This document shows positions 36,748-48,500 of a stretch of DNA of 64,000 nucleotides, in pieces. The position numbers and the translations under genes are program-made. The stretch spans positions 160,001 to 224,000 of the forward strand of contig OZ244960.1 of NCBI GenBank assembly GCA_965222605.1. The letters run 5' to 3'. Origin of the DNA: Candidatus Latescibacterota bacterium (lineage in GTDB: Bacteria > Latescibacterota > UBA2968). Every line of letters starts with the position of its first letter. The first letter of the stretch is position 1. Under the pieces are notes generated by a model. That model was given only the letters and a program-made list of their open reading frames with translations, had not been told where the DNA came from and did not search any database.

Positions 36748-37941
36748 TCACGTCTTACCTATCACATTCTCAACAGCCAGCGCGACAGCCTCGCCTCCGC
36801 CAATGCACAGCGCGGCAATGCCAATGCGCTTGTCGGCGCGTTTTAAGGCGTGAATAAGAGTTACGAGAATGCGCGTGCCGCTCGCTCCAATAGGATGTCC
36901 CAGTGCGACAGCACCGCCATTGACATTGAGTTTTTTCGCCGGGATGCCGAGATCCTGAGCCGCCGCCATTGGAACTCCGGAAAAGGCTTCATTGATTTCA
37001 AACAGATCGATATCCGAAACAGTGAGGGAGATCCTGGACAAAAGTTTGGAGATGGCACCGATAGGCGCGAGCGTGAACCACTCCGGCTCCTGGGCATGTG
37101 TGGCATACCCTAAAATCTCAACTTCTGGCGCGATGCCGCAATATTCTGCTTTTTCGTCTGAAAGGACGATAACAGATGCTGCACCATCGTTAAGGCTCGA
37201 CGCATTGCCAGGCGTCACAGAGCCGTCTTTTGAAAATGCAGGGCGCAGTTGGCGGAGTTTACTCTCGTCAAATCTCAGGGGTTCCTCATCCCGGTCTATC
37301 GTTGTAATTGTCTTGCCAGAGGATGCTTTTACGGGTACAATCTCGCTGCGGAATCGGCCTTCTTTATCGGCGCGAAGTGCTCTTTTATAACTGCTGATGG
37401 CAAAATCATCCTGGTCTGCGCGCGAAAAATCGTAACGTTCAGCACATCGGTCGCCACATGTGCCCATGTGCAAATCATTGTACACATCCCATAAGCCATC
37501 GCGGATCATTGAGTCAACGAGTTCGCCTGCCCCAAGTCTATAACCCGTTCGCACATTTTCGAGAAGATAGGGCGCGCGGCTCATGTTTTCCGTGCCTCCT
37601 GCGAGAATTAAATCGGCATCGCCACACTGGATGGCCTGAGCGGCGAGCATAACGGATTTGAGGCCCGAACCACAAACTTTGTTGATCGTTGTCGCCCCCA
37701 CCGAAGTATTGAGACCTGCGCCAATAGCAACCTGACGCGCGACATTTTGACCCAGCCCCGCGCTGAGCACATTGCCAAAAATCACTTCATCGACTTCATC
37801 GCCGATTATGCCCGCCTGCGCTATCGAAGCCGCCGCAACAGCACTGCCCAGTTCAGGCGCAGATACCTCGGCAAAGCCCCCCATAAATCCGCCAATAGCT
37901 GTGCGCTTACTCCCGGTAATATAAATGTGTTTCATGGCCAT
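36748..37941 (-). CDS. Thiolase (acetyl-CoA C-acetyltransferase)
   Basis: TINKVCGSG, EINEAF, NGGAVALGHPIGASG, LCIGGG. Confidence 0.95.
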   Translation of the reverse strand: MAMKHIYITGSKRTAIGGFMGGFAEVSAPELGSAVAAASIAQAGIIGDEVDEVIFGNVLSAGLGQNVARQVAIGAGLNTSVGATTINKVCGSGLKSVMLAAQAIQCGDADLILAGGTENMSRAPYLLENVRTGYRLGAGELVDSMIRDGLWDVYNDLHMGTCGDRCAERYDFSRADQDDFAISSYKRALRADKEGRFRSEIVPVKASSGKTITTIDRDEEPLRFDESKLRQLRPAFSKDGSVTPGNASSLNDGAASVIVLSDEKAEYCGIAPEVEILGYATHAQEPEWFTLAPIGAISKLLSRISLTVSDIDLFEINEAFSGVPMAAAQDLGIPAKKLNVNGGAVALGHPIGASGTRILVTLIHALKRADKRIGIAALCIGGGEAVALAVENVIGKT

Positions 37942-38010
37942 TCCTCCATTTTGTAAGACTCTCAAGATATATCCAAACCGGGAAATAACGCAAGAGGTAA
38001 GAGGTAAAAG

Positions 38011-38361
38011 GTGAAATATTTAATCGCCATTGCCCTGTATAGCATTCTGTGTACAGTGATCCTTCTGATGTCCTGTTCTGCCCCCCCCGATGGCAAAACC
38101 GTATTTATCGAATCGGGTTGTGCAAGATGCCATGAAATCAATGGCGCTGGCGGTTCTCAGGCACCGCGATTAGAGGGCTTGCAAAGCAAGTGGACACCCG
38201 AATCACTGGAAAAATTTCTGATTGATCCCCCTGCGTACGCAAAAAGCAATACCCGATTGCAGGCGTACGAAAAAAAATTTCCAACGCCGATGCCCAAACT
38301 TGAAATCGCGTCTGCACGGCGAAAAATACTCGTCCAATATCTCCTTAGAAGGTATCCATGA
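38011..38361 (+). CDS. Monoheme cytochrome c, possibly a lipoprotein
   Basis: CARCH motif, distal MP, hydrophobic N-terminus. Confidence 0.85.
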   Translation: MKYLIAIALYSILCTVILLMSCSAPPDGKTVFIESGCARCHEINGAGGSQAPRLEGLQSKWTPESLEKFLIDPPAYAKSNTRLQAYEKKFPTPMPKLEIASARRKILVQYLLRRYP

Positions 38362-38678
38362 GAAATCAGATCGCCAAAAAATACGAACGGATCTACAGAG
38401 AAGTTGCCAAAATCCCCGAAGGCACTGTGGCAACTTATGGACAGATTGCCGAACGGGTTGGATGTGGACCGCGCGAAGTGGGCAGGGCGCTGTCGGAATT
38501 GCCTCCTCATACATCCTGTCCCTGGCATCGGGTCATCAACGCGCGGGGAATGGTATCCATTCGCAGTGGAAATCACGTAGCCCATCACAATCAGGAAGCT
38601 CGCCTTGAACGAGAAGGTATTGTATTTGTCAATGGCCGCGTCGATCTCGAAATTTACAGGTGGGAGGCAAATTTTTAA
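38358..38678 (+). CDS. MGMT family / alkyltransferase-like protein
   Basis: IPEGTVATYGQIA, PWHRVIN (Trp in place of the catalytic Cys). Confidence 0.9.
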   Translation: MRNQIAKKYERIYREVAKIPEGTVATYGQIAERVGCGPREVGRALSELPPHTSCPWHRVINARGMVSIRSGNHVAHHNQEARLEREGIVFVNGRVDLEIYRWEANF

Positions 38679-38812
38679 GGCATGAAATTGGAATATCTCC
38701 GGCACGGGCGTGCAAATTTGTTTATTGACAAGGTTACTCGGTTTTTTTATCATTCACGCGCTTGATGAAATAGAAAAGAAATACGTCTGTAAATACTGAG
38801 AAAGGGGATGCG

Positions 38813-39109
38813 GTGACCAAAGCTGATATTGTCAATCAGATTGCCGAAGCTACGGGATTGACCAAAACGGATACCTCGGTCGTTGTAGAGGGCTTTCTCA
38901 CCTCGCTCATTGCGGCAATGCAGCAGGGCGAACACGTCGAAATTCGCGGTTTTGGCACGTTTAAGGTTGTTCACCGCGCACCGCGCACAGGTCGCAATCC
39001 CAAAACGGGCGAGGTTGTCAAAATTCCCTCGCGCGCAATGCCTGTGTTCAAGCCCTCACGCGAACTTCGTAGTTCTATTGCTGAGGTTTCTGTTCTTCCA
39101 TCCAGCTAA
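38813..39109 (+). CDS. HU/IHF family DNA-binding protein
   Basis: MTKADIV, EIRGFGTF, GRNPKTGE, FKPS. Confidence 0.95.
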   Translation: MTKADIVNQIAEATGLTKTDTSVVVEGFLTSLIAAMQQGEHVEIRGFGTFKVVHRAPRTGRNPKTGEVVKIPSRAMPVFKPSRELRSSIAEVSVLPSS

Positions 39110-39130
39110 TGCACCCACAGGAGGTAGCTC

Positions 39131-39223
39131 TTGCCCAGCGGAAAAAAGCGCAAACGCGCAAAAATCGCAACGCATAAGCGAAAAAAAAGGCGCCGAAGAG
39201 ACCGACATAAAAAGAAGATCTAA
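39131..39223 (+). CDS. Small ribosomal protein bS22-like (AURKAIP1/COX24 domain)
   Basis: TTG start after GGAGG; MPSGKKRKRAKIATHKRKKRRRRDRHKKKI*; absent from the ORF track. Confidence 0.85.
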   Translation: MPSGKKRKRAKIATHKRKKRRRRDRHKKKI

Positions 39224-39270
39224 AGGCGAGTAGTTTAATTACCGCCGTTCACACCGGCATTATGCAATTA

Positions 39271-39356
39271 GCCCCTGACCCTGGACCTGGATATGCTGAT
39301 ATTGTCAGCCACAAACGGCTGTGATACGATTCGGTATAGACCATGAAGGCAGGGGC
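39271..39356. ncRNA. Candidate structured ncRNA (long bulged hairpin; possibly 6S-like)
   Basis: GCCCCTG...CAGGGGC closing stem, inner CAGCC-acaaac-GGCTG hairpin, between bS22 and the tRNA. Confidence 0.4.
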
Positions 39357-39398
39357 CTATCCGCAGTCTGTCCATCAGAGAGGGCAGGCAAATAATCT

Positions 39399-39475
39399 GC
39401 GGCATTAGCTCAGCTGGATAGAGCACTGGTCTCCGGAATCAGAGGTCACAGGTTCGAATCCTGTATGTCGCACCA
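39399..39475 (+). tRNA. tRNA-Arg(CCG)
   Basis: Acceptor GCGGCAT/ATGTCGC, D-arm TAGCTCAGCTGGATAGAGC, anticodon loop CT-CCG-GA, GGTTCGAATCC, CCA end. Confidence 0.97.
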
Positions 39476-39480
39476 CAACC

Positions 39481-39521
39481 AATGGGGCGAGAGTCATGAT
39501 TGACTCTCGCCCCATTTTTTT
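39481..39521 (+). terminator. Rho-independent terminator, possibly bidirectional
   Basis: AATGGGGCGAGAGTCA-tgat-TGACTCTCGCCCCATT followed by a T run. Confidence 0.9.
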
Positions 39522-39540
39522 AAACGGAGTGCTAAATCGA

Positions 39541-40530
39541 CTACGTATTTTCAGCGCGATCCTTTTGGATAAGGTCCCGCAACTTCAAAATGAGCGCGTC
39601 CAGACCTTGACCTGTGACAGAAGAAATTCCCAAATCCGTTTGACCTTGAAAAAATGGCCCCTTGCGGTGTTCGGGTGGCAACAAGTCCAGTTTGGTAGCA
39701 ATGAGCATCGCGGGTTTCTCGCGCAATTTGGGACTGAAACGATCGAGTTCTTCTTTTAAAATCGACAGGTCGTATTCTGGATTGGGACTGGCGACATCGA
39801 CCATAAAAAGGAGAACGCGCGTGCGTTCAATATGACGCAAAAATTGGAACCCAAGCCCTTTGCCCCGATGCGCCCCTTCAATCAGGCCCGGAATATCTGC
39901 CATAACAAAGCTATCGTAATCACCGCATTTGACAATGCCCAGATTGGGTTGCAGGGTCGTAAAGGGGTAATCGGCGATTTTGGGTTGCGCTGCAGAAACT
40001 CTGGAGAGCAGGGTCGATTTGCCCGCATTTGGATGGCCAACCAAACCGACATCAGCGATGAGTTTGAGCTCGAGTTCCAGATGGCATTCCCGCCCCGATT
40101 CTCCGGGCTGGACATACTCTGGCGCTCTATTTGTCGCCGTGGCAAAACGCGCATTGCCACGGCCGCCGCGACCGCCCTTGATCAAAACAACGCGCTGACC
40201 GGGTTCGGTCAAATCCGCGAGAATTTCACCCGTTTCTGCATCCTTGAGGAGCGTGCCAACCGGAACGGGAATTTCAGCATCGTCACCCCGTCGTCCTGCT
40301 TTCTTTTGACCCGACCCATGTTCTCCGGGTCCTGCACTCAGGTGTTGTCGATACCGGTAATCAAGCAGTGTGGATAAGCGGAAGTCTGCTATAAAAACGA
40401 CATCTCCTCCATTGCCACCATCGCCGCCGTCTGGCCCACCTCGCGGCACATGCTTTTCTCGGCGAAAGCTTTTACAACCACTGCCACCGCTGCCCGAACG
40501 GGCATAAATTCTGGTAAGATCAACGAACAT
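39541..40530 (-). CDS. obgE: GTPase ObgE/CgtA
   Basis: MFVD...GPDGGDGG.GG, GHPNAGKSTL, DYPFTT, DIPG. Confidence 0.97.
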   Translation of the reverse strand: MFVDLTRIYARSGSGGSGCKSFRREKHVPRGGPDGGDGGNGGDVVFIADFRLSTLLDYRYRQHLSAGPGEHGSGQKKAGRRGDDAEIPVPVGTLLKDAETGEILADLTEPGQRVVLIKGGRGGRGNARFATATNRAPEYVQPGESGRECHLELELKLIADVGLVGHPNAGKSTLLSRVSAAQPKIADYPFTTLQPNLGIVKCGDYDSFVMADIPGLIEGAHRGKGLGFQFLRHIERTRVLLFMVDVASPNPEYDLSILKEELDRFSPKLREKPAMLIATKLDLLPPEHRKGPFFQGQTDLGISSVTGQGLDALILKLRDLIQKDRAENT

Positions 40531-40552
40531 GGGAAAATTAAGCGATCTGACG

Positions 40553-41311
40553 CTATGTTGCAGACTGCGCCTGTGCGCTATTCCTCAAGAGTAGAGCTTC
40601 TTCAATGGGGATGTGCTCATCTGCGCTGTTGACGAGATCCCTCGCCGTATTGTAGGTAAAGGAAATGACCTCAACGCGTGGCCCCAGAGTTTTAACGAGA
40701 TCGACCAGAGGCACAAAATCACCATCACCACTCACGAGAACCACGATATCGAGTTTACTGACAAATCTCATGATATCAATGGCCATGCCCATGTCCCAAT
40801 CGCCTTTGGCCGATCCATCGCTGCGCTGCCGCAAATCTTTTCTTTTTACTTCATAGCTCTTTTGTTGGAGCATCGAGATAAAGTTGCTCTGATCAACATC
40901 TGGCGATTGCACGACATAAGCAATAGCGCGGATCAATCGGCGTTTGCCCACGCTGAGTTCCAGCAATTTTCCAAAATCGAGACGCGCATTAAACGGTTTT
41001 GCAGCATAAAAGATATTCTGCACATCGACAAATATCCCAACTCGCAATTCAGCCGGGGGAATGGCTGTGCCTCGATCTAATCGGGCGCTGGCATTGGCCT
41101 GTAGATTGGCGATATTTTTTTGTATGGCATCGAGAGCAGAAAAAATTTCCCGGCGTTCTCGAGCGCCGCTAATAGCTTCTTTATAGACTCTGGTCTTGAT
41201 CTCTCGTAGGTCTCGGATTGGAACCTGCACTCTGGCAATCTGATCTAATTTTTGCTCGATACGCGCTATCGTCTCTTGTATTTGTTTAATCTGATCTTTA
41301 AAGTCTGTCAT
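40553..41311 (-). CDS. NYN (LabA/DUF88) domain protein with N-terminal coiled coil
   Basis: IFVDVQNI, KGDWDMGMAID, LVSGDGDFVPL. Confidence 0.9.
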   Translation of the reverse strand: MTDFKDQIKQIQETIARIEQKLDQIARVQVPIRDLREIKTRVYKEAISGARERREIFSALDAIQKNIANLQANASARLDRGTAIPPAELRVGIFVDVQNIFYAAKPFNARLDFGKLLELSVGKRRLIRAIAYVVQSPDVDQSNFISMLQQKSYEVKRKDLRQRSDGSAKGDWDMGMAIDIMRFVSKLDIVVLVSGDGDFVPLVDLVKTLGPRVEVISFTYNTARDLVNSADEHIPIEEALLLRNSAQAQSAT

Positions 41312-41314
41312 ATG

Positions 41315-42172
41315 TTATGAGGTCTCCGATATCATTAGTTTGTGTAACCCTGCGCCAAGGGCAAGGGCAAATCTGCTCGCGTGTCCGAGTTTTGCGCGAT
41401 CTCGTTTTGGCAACTTCGCGGTATCTATGCCGCGAAATATTGGATGATCCACAAGGCTGAGGTCGGCTGGTGGATCAATGGGCGGTATGTCCCCCGATAG
41501 ATAAACCCGTTTGCAGGGGCGGTGCGGAGAACTGGCGAGAGAGAGCCAGCGTTGTAAATTTGAAGCATCAGGACCTGCTGTTTCAACGCCGATTAAAATA
41601 CCATTTTCAACGGAAATATAAAAAGATCCAGCAGGATCTCTGTGAACAGCCATTTGCCTACCCGACTCCCATACGCGAGCGGGTAGTCCCGAACAAAATA
41701 GAGCCAGCGGAGCGACACAGAGATGCATGCGGTTTCCGCCCAGCGCCGAGCACAGGGTTTCGTGTGCGTCAATCACTCCGTTGCGTACTGCGGTCCAAAA
41801 AGCCACGCGCCCCACCGGAATAAAGTCAATCGCGCTATTGTCAACAGGAGAAATGAGTGTCTGCGATGCTTCCCATAAAATCTGCTCGCGGCGGTCTTCT
41901 TCTCCCACGACTTCGAGAGGAACTTTTTGGATGTGATACAGACCACCCGAAAGAGAAAAAGAAAGCGTGCCGAGCGGTTTTGGCAGGCTCTCAAGCGCTT
42001 GCCTCAATTCCTCAACAAAGGATTCAGGCACTTCTTTTTCGGGATCAAAATCAAAAACCTCCGATACGCGCTGGTTAATCAGGCCCTTGAGATAATACGC
42101 ATTATCCAATTTTTCAAGGTGGGCCAAGCACAAGGTGTTGCCCGAAATATGAATACCCGTCGCTGTACTCAT
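41315..42172 (-). CDS. Hypothetical protein, divergent PilM-like
   Basis: N-terminal TGIHISG.TLCLAHL and EQILWEASQ..I, C-terminal ALALGAGL; overlaps the comEA stop. Confidence 0.5.
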   Translation of the reverse strand: MSTATGIHISGNTLCLAHLEKLDNAYYLKGLINQRVSEVFDFDPEKEVPESFVEELRQALESLPKPLGTLSFSLSGGLYHIQKVPLEVVGEEDRREQILWEASQTLISPVDNSAIDFIPVGRVAFWTAVRNGVIDAHETLCSALGGNRMHLCVAPLALFCSGLPARVWESGRQMAVHRDPAGSFYISVENGILIGVETAGPDASNLQRWLSLASSPHRPCKRVYLSGDIPPIDPPADLSLVDHPIFRGIDTAKLPKRDRAKLGHASRFALALGAGLHKLMISETS

Positions 42173-42546
42173 GGCGTGCTCATCGTAAGGTACGGACGCA
42201 AACGCTCAAGGGTTTTGGGACCAATACCCCTGACCTTTGTAATATCGTCAACGCGCTTAAATGCCCCATTCTCCTCTCGATAGGCCACAATGCGCCCCGC
42301 AATTTGAGGCCCAATACGGGGCAGGCGCTCAAACTCATTTGCCGTTGCCCGGTTAATATCGATCAATTCCCTCACCGGAGAAACACTTTCTTTTGGCGAT
42401 GGGACTTCCACCGCATCTTTACGCACTTCAAAATCGGGAATGCGATCCGGATCTTTACTGTCGAGATAACGGATAACAATCCCCACAATAAGAACGCAGC
42501 AAAGCAGCAATAAAATAATTTGTTCGTTGCGGTTAAAAGTGAACAT
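42169..42546 (-). CDS. comEA: ComEA-family helix-hairpin-helix DNA-binding protein
   Basis: N-terminal TM; IDINRAT..EFERLPRIGP..A.RIV.YR..NG.F..VDDI.KVRGIG. Confidence 0.85.
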   Translation of the reverse strand: MFTFNRNEQIILLLLCCVLIVGIVIRYLDSKDPDRIPDFEVRKDAVEVPSPKESVSPVRELIDINRATANEFERLPRIGPQIAGRIVAYREENGAFKRVDDITKVRGIGPKTLERLRPYLTMSTP

Positions 42547-42558
42547 AGAAAAGTCTAA

Positions 42559-45500
42559 TTATTGAAATCCGATTTCACCCCAGAATCGGAAATCCCAGGT
42601 CACATTGGTGAGTTCCCGCAGTTCGTCTTTGCGCCGTTCATGGCGAAACGTGGTGCCGCCTGTAAATCGCGAGCTAAAGGCATATTGCGTGCCCAAGCTG
42701 ACAGACCATGATGTCGAGTTTTGGCGGATAATGGGTTCGGCTGGCACATCGGGTTCGGCACTTCGGGGAATTTCGGTCTGTGTATTCAAATTGCGCGAAA
42801 AGGAAAGCGTAAGGTCGAGAGTGCGCTGAAATTTTCCGCGCAGCGAATAGCGCATATCTGCTTGCAATGTGCCATTTTCCGTCAAAGTGGTCCCAATCAG
42901 GCGGTCGGCAAGAGTCGGTTGGACAGAAGTTGTATCGACAGTCACATTGCGCTGGTAGCGGATTTCGTCATTACGGCTTTGGCGGCGGCTAAATGTCGTA
43001 TTCACATCCCCTTTCCAGCGCGCGCTCCACTGAAAAAGTGGATTATAGGATATTTCTGTGGCATCGCTTGTCAGATAAAGCGGCGAGAGACTGAGACTTC
43101 CATCACCGCGTCGGTTGCGCGATTCCTGGTACCCGAAACTGGCATTGGAACTGACCCAAAACCAGCCGATCAAAGGCACGCGTTCGAGACCGCGCCAACT
43201 CGCGTCAAATTTGGGAAAAACGACCTGATCGTCTTTGCCGAGCGTATTGCCAGTACGTTCGTTTTCGGAATAATTGGCAGAGGTGTTGAAATTCAGACCC
43301 AGAGGTAGTCGGATACCACTGGATACCTGCGCCTGCCTTCGCACATTGACAGCATTGGTTCTCGTTCCCGTACTCGCAACTACAATGGGGACCTGGACCG
43401 TATCTTGAAAGCCAAATTGATAGGCCAAAGAGGGGCGGGCTGTGAGGCCAAATAAATTATTTGATTTATTCTGAGAAACACTGCTCGTCACATTCTGAAG
43501 GCGCCCCCCCACTTTTCCAATCCATTGCAAAATGGAAAAACCATCTTTACCGGATTTGCGTGTCCAGCGTTGAAACAAGCCGGGCAGGTTGAGATTGACA
43601 CGCGCATTCGCCGTTTGCTGGCTATTGACAGTAAGGCCGCGCCGAATGCTGCCGTACTGCACGCGATTACCACCGATCTCAAAGCGATCCGTGTAAGTAG
43701 CCGAATACGACGGATTCACAGTAATCCAGCTGGAAATACGCGGCGCAAATCTGAAGTTGAGCGATTGGTTGCGCGATACTTCACGCCCAAATTGGAGTTG
43801 CGTCAGGGCGTATCCATTTCGCAAATCGCGGTTGATAGTGAGCGAATAATCGGCATTTAGACTGCGAAATGGCGAGAGTTTAATGGCGTAACTTTCGGTC
43901 AGATTGAAGGTTTCTCGAACTGTATCAATCACATTTGAAGTATCGCCCGCGATGGCGCGAAATGAAGTTTGATCCGACACCCCGCGATTAAAACGCAGGT
44001 TGTAATTAATACTGGTGGGCAGGTAAAAAAACTGCGCCTCTTTGAGCGGTTTGTAAAAGGGGAGCCACTTAAAAATGGCGATAGCTTCGCGCTGAGACCA
44101 CGCCTGGTTATAGGTCATATTGCCGTTTAAGTTCTGATTCTGGCTTTGCCTGCGCTGTGTGATCGCGCCCGTTGTGGATGCGTCAGAACTGTAGTTGAGT
44201 GACGTGGAGGCTTTGTCAAACAAAATGCGAGACAGCAGACTCGGGTCTTCGCGTGCTGGCCGTTTTCTCAGCGAAATAGTAAAGCGCGTCTGAGAGCGCA
44301 CATCGCTTTCGTTGATTTTTTGTTCAGGGGTGAGCACAATATCCGATCCCGGGCGAATGCGAGGGCTTGATGTAAAGCGGTTATAGCTGAATCGGACGGG
44401 CATGGAAGTATTCCATTCTTTGGGAAAGAATTTGTCGATATTGAGCTGGCTGTCAAAGTTGAAGCGCGTGGTGGTGGTGCCGGAAGCCCGGCCTTGCAGG
44501 TCTTGAAAATCGCCACTTCTGCGTTCCAGATTGACCGTTAAATTGCCTAGATCGGCGAGGGTTATGCGCGTGTTAGCCAGGGCAGATAAGGCGGGTTTTT
44601 TGCGGATTTCATCAACGCGCAATTCATCTATCCAAATCTCGCTCTCACCCATGAGAATCTCATCGCCGCGGTTGCGAATCCCCATAGTAAAGGCTCTGAT
44701 TGAAGACAGCGCGGGATTGCCGCGCACAATATAAGTGCGGCCATCTACGTCGATCTCAATGCGGTTGCCCTCTTTGTCGTAGTGGGCGAGAAAATCGCCA
44801 CGGCGAAGCGACACACTAACAGTATCAGATGCTTGCTCGATGGATTGAAGGTCCAATAATTGGCCTTTGAGTTGCGACATGATCTCGAGGTCTAAACGGA
44901 CGGTATTGGTTTCTTCTGCCCAGCCGCGATAAACCCGCGAGCGATATTCGTAAAAGTTGAGAGAATCGTCATTGATAGGGGCAAAGCGCATGAAAAATTC
45001 GATAGGACTGGGACCAGCGCTCAAGGAATCTGCGGCATCTGAAAAATTAGTATTATACGTTGGATCGGCCGGGTTGCCTCCGTGCAAAAACAGCGTCATA
45101 ACACCGTATTCGGTATAGTTCTCGCCATTGGCGAAGTTGCGGGATGCAGAGATGGATTCGCCCGGGTAGAGATCGACAAATTCGAGCACCAGAGAATTTT
45201 CAGACAAACGGATACCCGTGGTGGGATCAATTTCTCGATCGAGGCCGGGAGGGGACTCGTAAAAGGAATTGTTGGTGCCGATAGTCGAAACCTGAAAATC
45301 TCCCGACGACTGTCCGAAAGCGACCGGGTCTTCTTGCCATTCGCTACCAGTCGCGCTAAAAGTATAGATTTCGACAGAGGTGGTGTCGTTGTGTTCCAGC
45401 CAGACGCGCACAAAGTCAAGCCTGGCAAATGAGGTATCGGGACTGCCTTCAAAGATGCGAGGCGCGTCCTGCCCTTTGAGGGGAATACGCAATAAACGCC

Positions 45501-48500
45501 ATGGAGGATCTGTAATACCGCCCAATTCGGGGAAGAGATCGGATTCAGTGCCGGGTACAAGCGTAGATGGGCCAGTAAAAGTGCCCGATGCAGAGGACAG
45601 ACCCCGATTGCTGGACAAATCGACGCTATATCGGATAAAACTTTCGCGCTGGTCGAGAAAACCATTGCCGTTGAGGTCCTCGGTGTCGGGTCGAGATTGT
45701 CGCTCTGCTCTGTTGCCCTCTGTGCCATTGAGGCCAGAGGGATAGCGGCGCAGGATATCCGTCGTGTTTTGATCCACATCTTCAAAATTATCTCCCGAAG
45801 GATCGTTGGGCACGGTTACACCGGGAAATATTTTTCGAAAGATCTCGGTTTCTTCGGCACCGGTCAATCCATCCAGGCCAATATCCTCTTCGTCAATGAC
45901 GATATCGTCTCCTGTAGGCAAGCCGCCGATGGGTTTGTCTTCTGTGCGAAAACCACTTGGGAATCGCTCTCGGTCACTGGGATCGTTGTACATGGGGTGA
46001 TCGAGGGGCAGGCGAACGCGCTCAGATACATCGCCCAAATCGATGTGTAAATGCCCGTCGTTTCCCCGAATCCAGAGTTCGAGAAATTTAGACCTCGACA
46101 AATCGAGACCATTGACATAGCGCATAAGGCCCGCCCAGGATTGCTGGGGAATGCCATTTTCGTTGTTCTGTGAGCGAATGGGAAATCCATTGCTACGCGC
46201 GGGGTCAAATCGCAGTTTGAGAATATCGACAATGTCTTGTTCCGCGCTTATGTCATCGCGGGTAGGCTGAATTCGGGAAAGAGAGGCCCTGTCGCGGTCA
46301 ATGGGGTTATACCACGTAAGCCGCCCTTGTGGCAATGTGAGCGTTCTGTTGTTGCGGATGGGAACACTTGCGCGATTCCACCCGATTTTGCCAATCGCAA
46401 ATGCCGTACTGTTCAGAGCACCTTCAAAATCATCGATATAGGCCACATTTTTGGTGTTGGGATTTGGCAAACTCTGCGCGATTTCAAAGTCCATGTCGAT
46501 AGACGATGGTGCCTGCGTATTCACGAGGGGAATTGAATTGACGAGGTCGCTCAATAGTTTGGGTTGCATCCGGAAGCGCGCATTGGCATCCCACAAAATA
46601 GTGCGCGTGGGTTCCTGCCCAATCCGCACGCGCGGCGAGGCAGTGCTTTGAGTGCCGTAGAGCAAGGTCATGCCAATAAGAGAATACTGATCGTCAAAAG
46701 GTCGCTCGAGACGCACGCCCAAAAGGCTTTTGGACTGTCCAAAACCAAATTGGTCTTTGGTTTGATACGATATGTCCAGATCAGATGTGGGGTCTGACAC
46801 CTCGTTTTCGGCCTCGCCAATAAATTTCAAGCGGCCTGTCTGATAAATTATCGTGTAGTCTTCGTCCCGTTTCAAGGTACGGTTGTTCAGGCGCACGACT
46901 TCGCTGTTTTCAACCAGTCCGAGAAACCCGAGGTTAAATTCGGTCGATTGGCTCGTTGAACGCACCCGCAGAACATACCGCCCCGCTTCGGTGCGGTTCG
47001 CCGTGTTGGTCTCGTTGTAAATGCCCGGCACGCGCACCTCGAGGTCGGGCGCGCCCAAACCCTCCTCGCCAAAAGGCTCGAGAAAGGGAAAGACGAGATG
47101 CCCTCTGGCGAGGTTCAGACCGGGGAGATCATAGCCCGAGCCAATATCGATGAGCCGATCTGGCGGAGAAGATTCAGAAGACCCGTTGGTGTGCCGATCG
47201 AGGCCAAAAATTTCCAGGTATGACCTGCCTTCCTGATTATCCTGTGGATTTTCACCGGGCACATTGCGAAAGATGCCGACGAATAGGCCATTGGAATCAA
47301 TATTGCGCCCGCCAAGGCGATAAACATTGCGCCACGCAAGCCTCCAGGTCGGATCAGTAGGACGTTGTTGTCTGGCTTTGATGAGCTTGAGCTGAATTTT
47401 TTTGTCTGGATTTCCCGGATCGGGAATAAATTGTATGTCGCCAAAATTTTCACCCGACGCGGTTTGATAAGCCACCGCAAGCGTGTAGCCCCGCGAAATC
47501 GAACCGCGATCATGGATGAGATAGCCTTCGGGTAAAGGTGTAAATTCGGAGGGATCGAGTTCGTGAAACGTGCCTTCTTCAACGCCCTTATCAAAGCCGC
47601 GCGACGCCGCTTCATCTGGCGATCCATTGTTCCACACGAGGTATGCAACGCCGGAAATAGCCGAGTCTTCGAGGTCGTTTTGGGCGTTATAGTCGTTTGT
47701 GAATACGCGCACACTCTGCTCATTGACGCGATCGCCCGGCGCGGGGAACAAGCCATTGCGGAAATTTTCGCGATACGTGTTATCGAGAAAAAAGTAGGTG
47801 TTTTCGACATACCTGTAATCGGGGATTTCATTGGACGATTCTTCTCCTTGTCCCGTAAAGGTTTTGCGATCACTCGACGATTTATCCTGGGATGTGACAA
47901 CCGTAAAATTGATGGCACCAACCCGCCCCCGCGTTTTGATGCCAAATAATCCACCTCTGTTACCGCCGCTAAATCCAATCAGGCGCGTGCCGGGCAAAGC
48001 CAGCGACGTATTGCCCGCTTCTATAGTTTCAATAATACCGTCCTCATCGCCTTTGTACTGCAAGCGCAGGCCCTCGGTCAGATCAAAGCTCTGCTCGCTA
48101 TTTTGTTCCAGCGAAACCATGATCCGATCGCCAATGGTGCCTTCAACAGTGAGTTGGGCTTCTTGATCAAAATTGATGGTGGGAAAGCGCGATGTGCGCG
48201 TGAGAGCCGCTTGCGCCTGTCCCAAAGTGTATTGCGAGAGACCCGATAATTCGATGCGACGACGCCCCCGTATGGTGAGATTGGCATCTCCTTCCCCAGT
48301 AATAGCACTCAAACGCTGGGGGACGCGAATCGGTATTTTGACATCGATCATTCCCTCGCCTTCTCGGTCGTAATCCATCTTCCCACCCAATCGCTCCAGT
48401 GCAAGGCGATGAGCATCGTGATGAAAGACATAGCGCATAAAGTCGCTCAGACTGATAATCACCGGAAGGCCATAAGGCGCACCCCCCAGGTCGCGGAATA

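Noticed and set aside
39399-39475. tRNA-Arg as an island integration site
   Set aside because: No duplicate of its 3' end seen in the window; flanked by core genes
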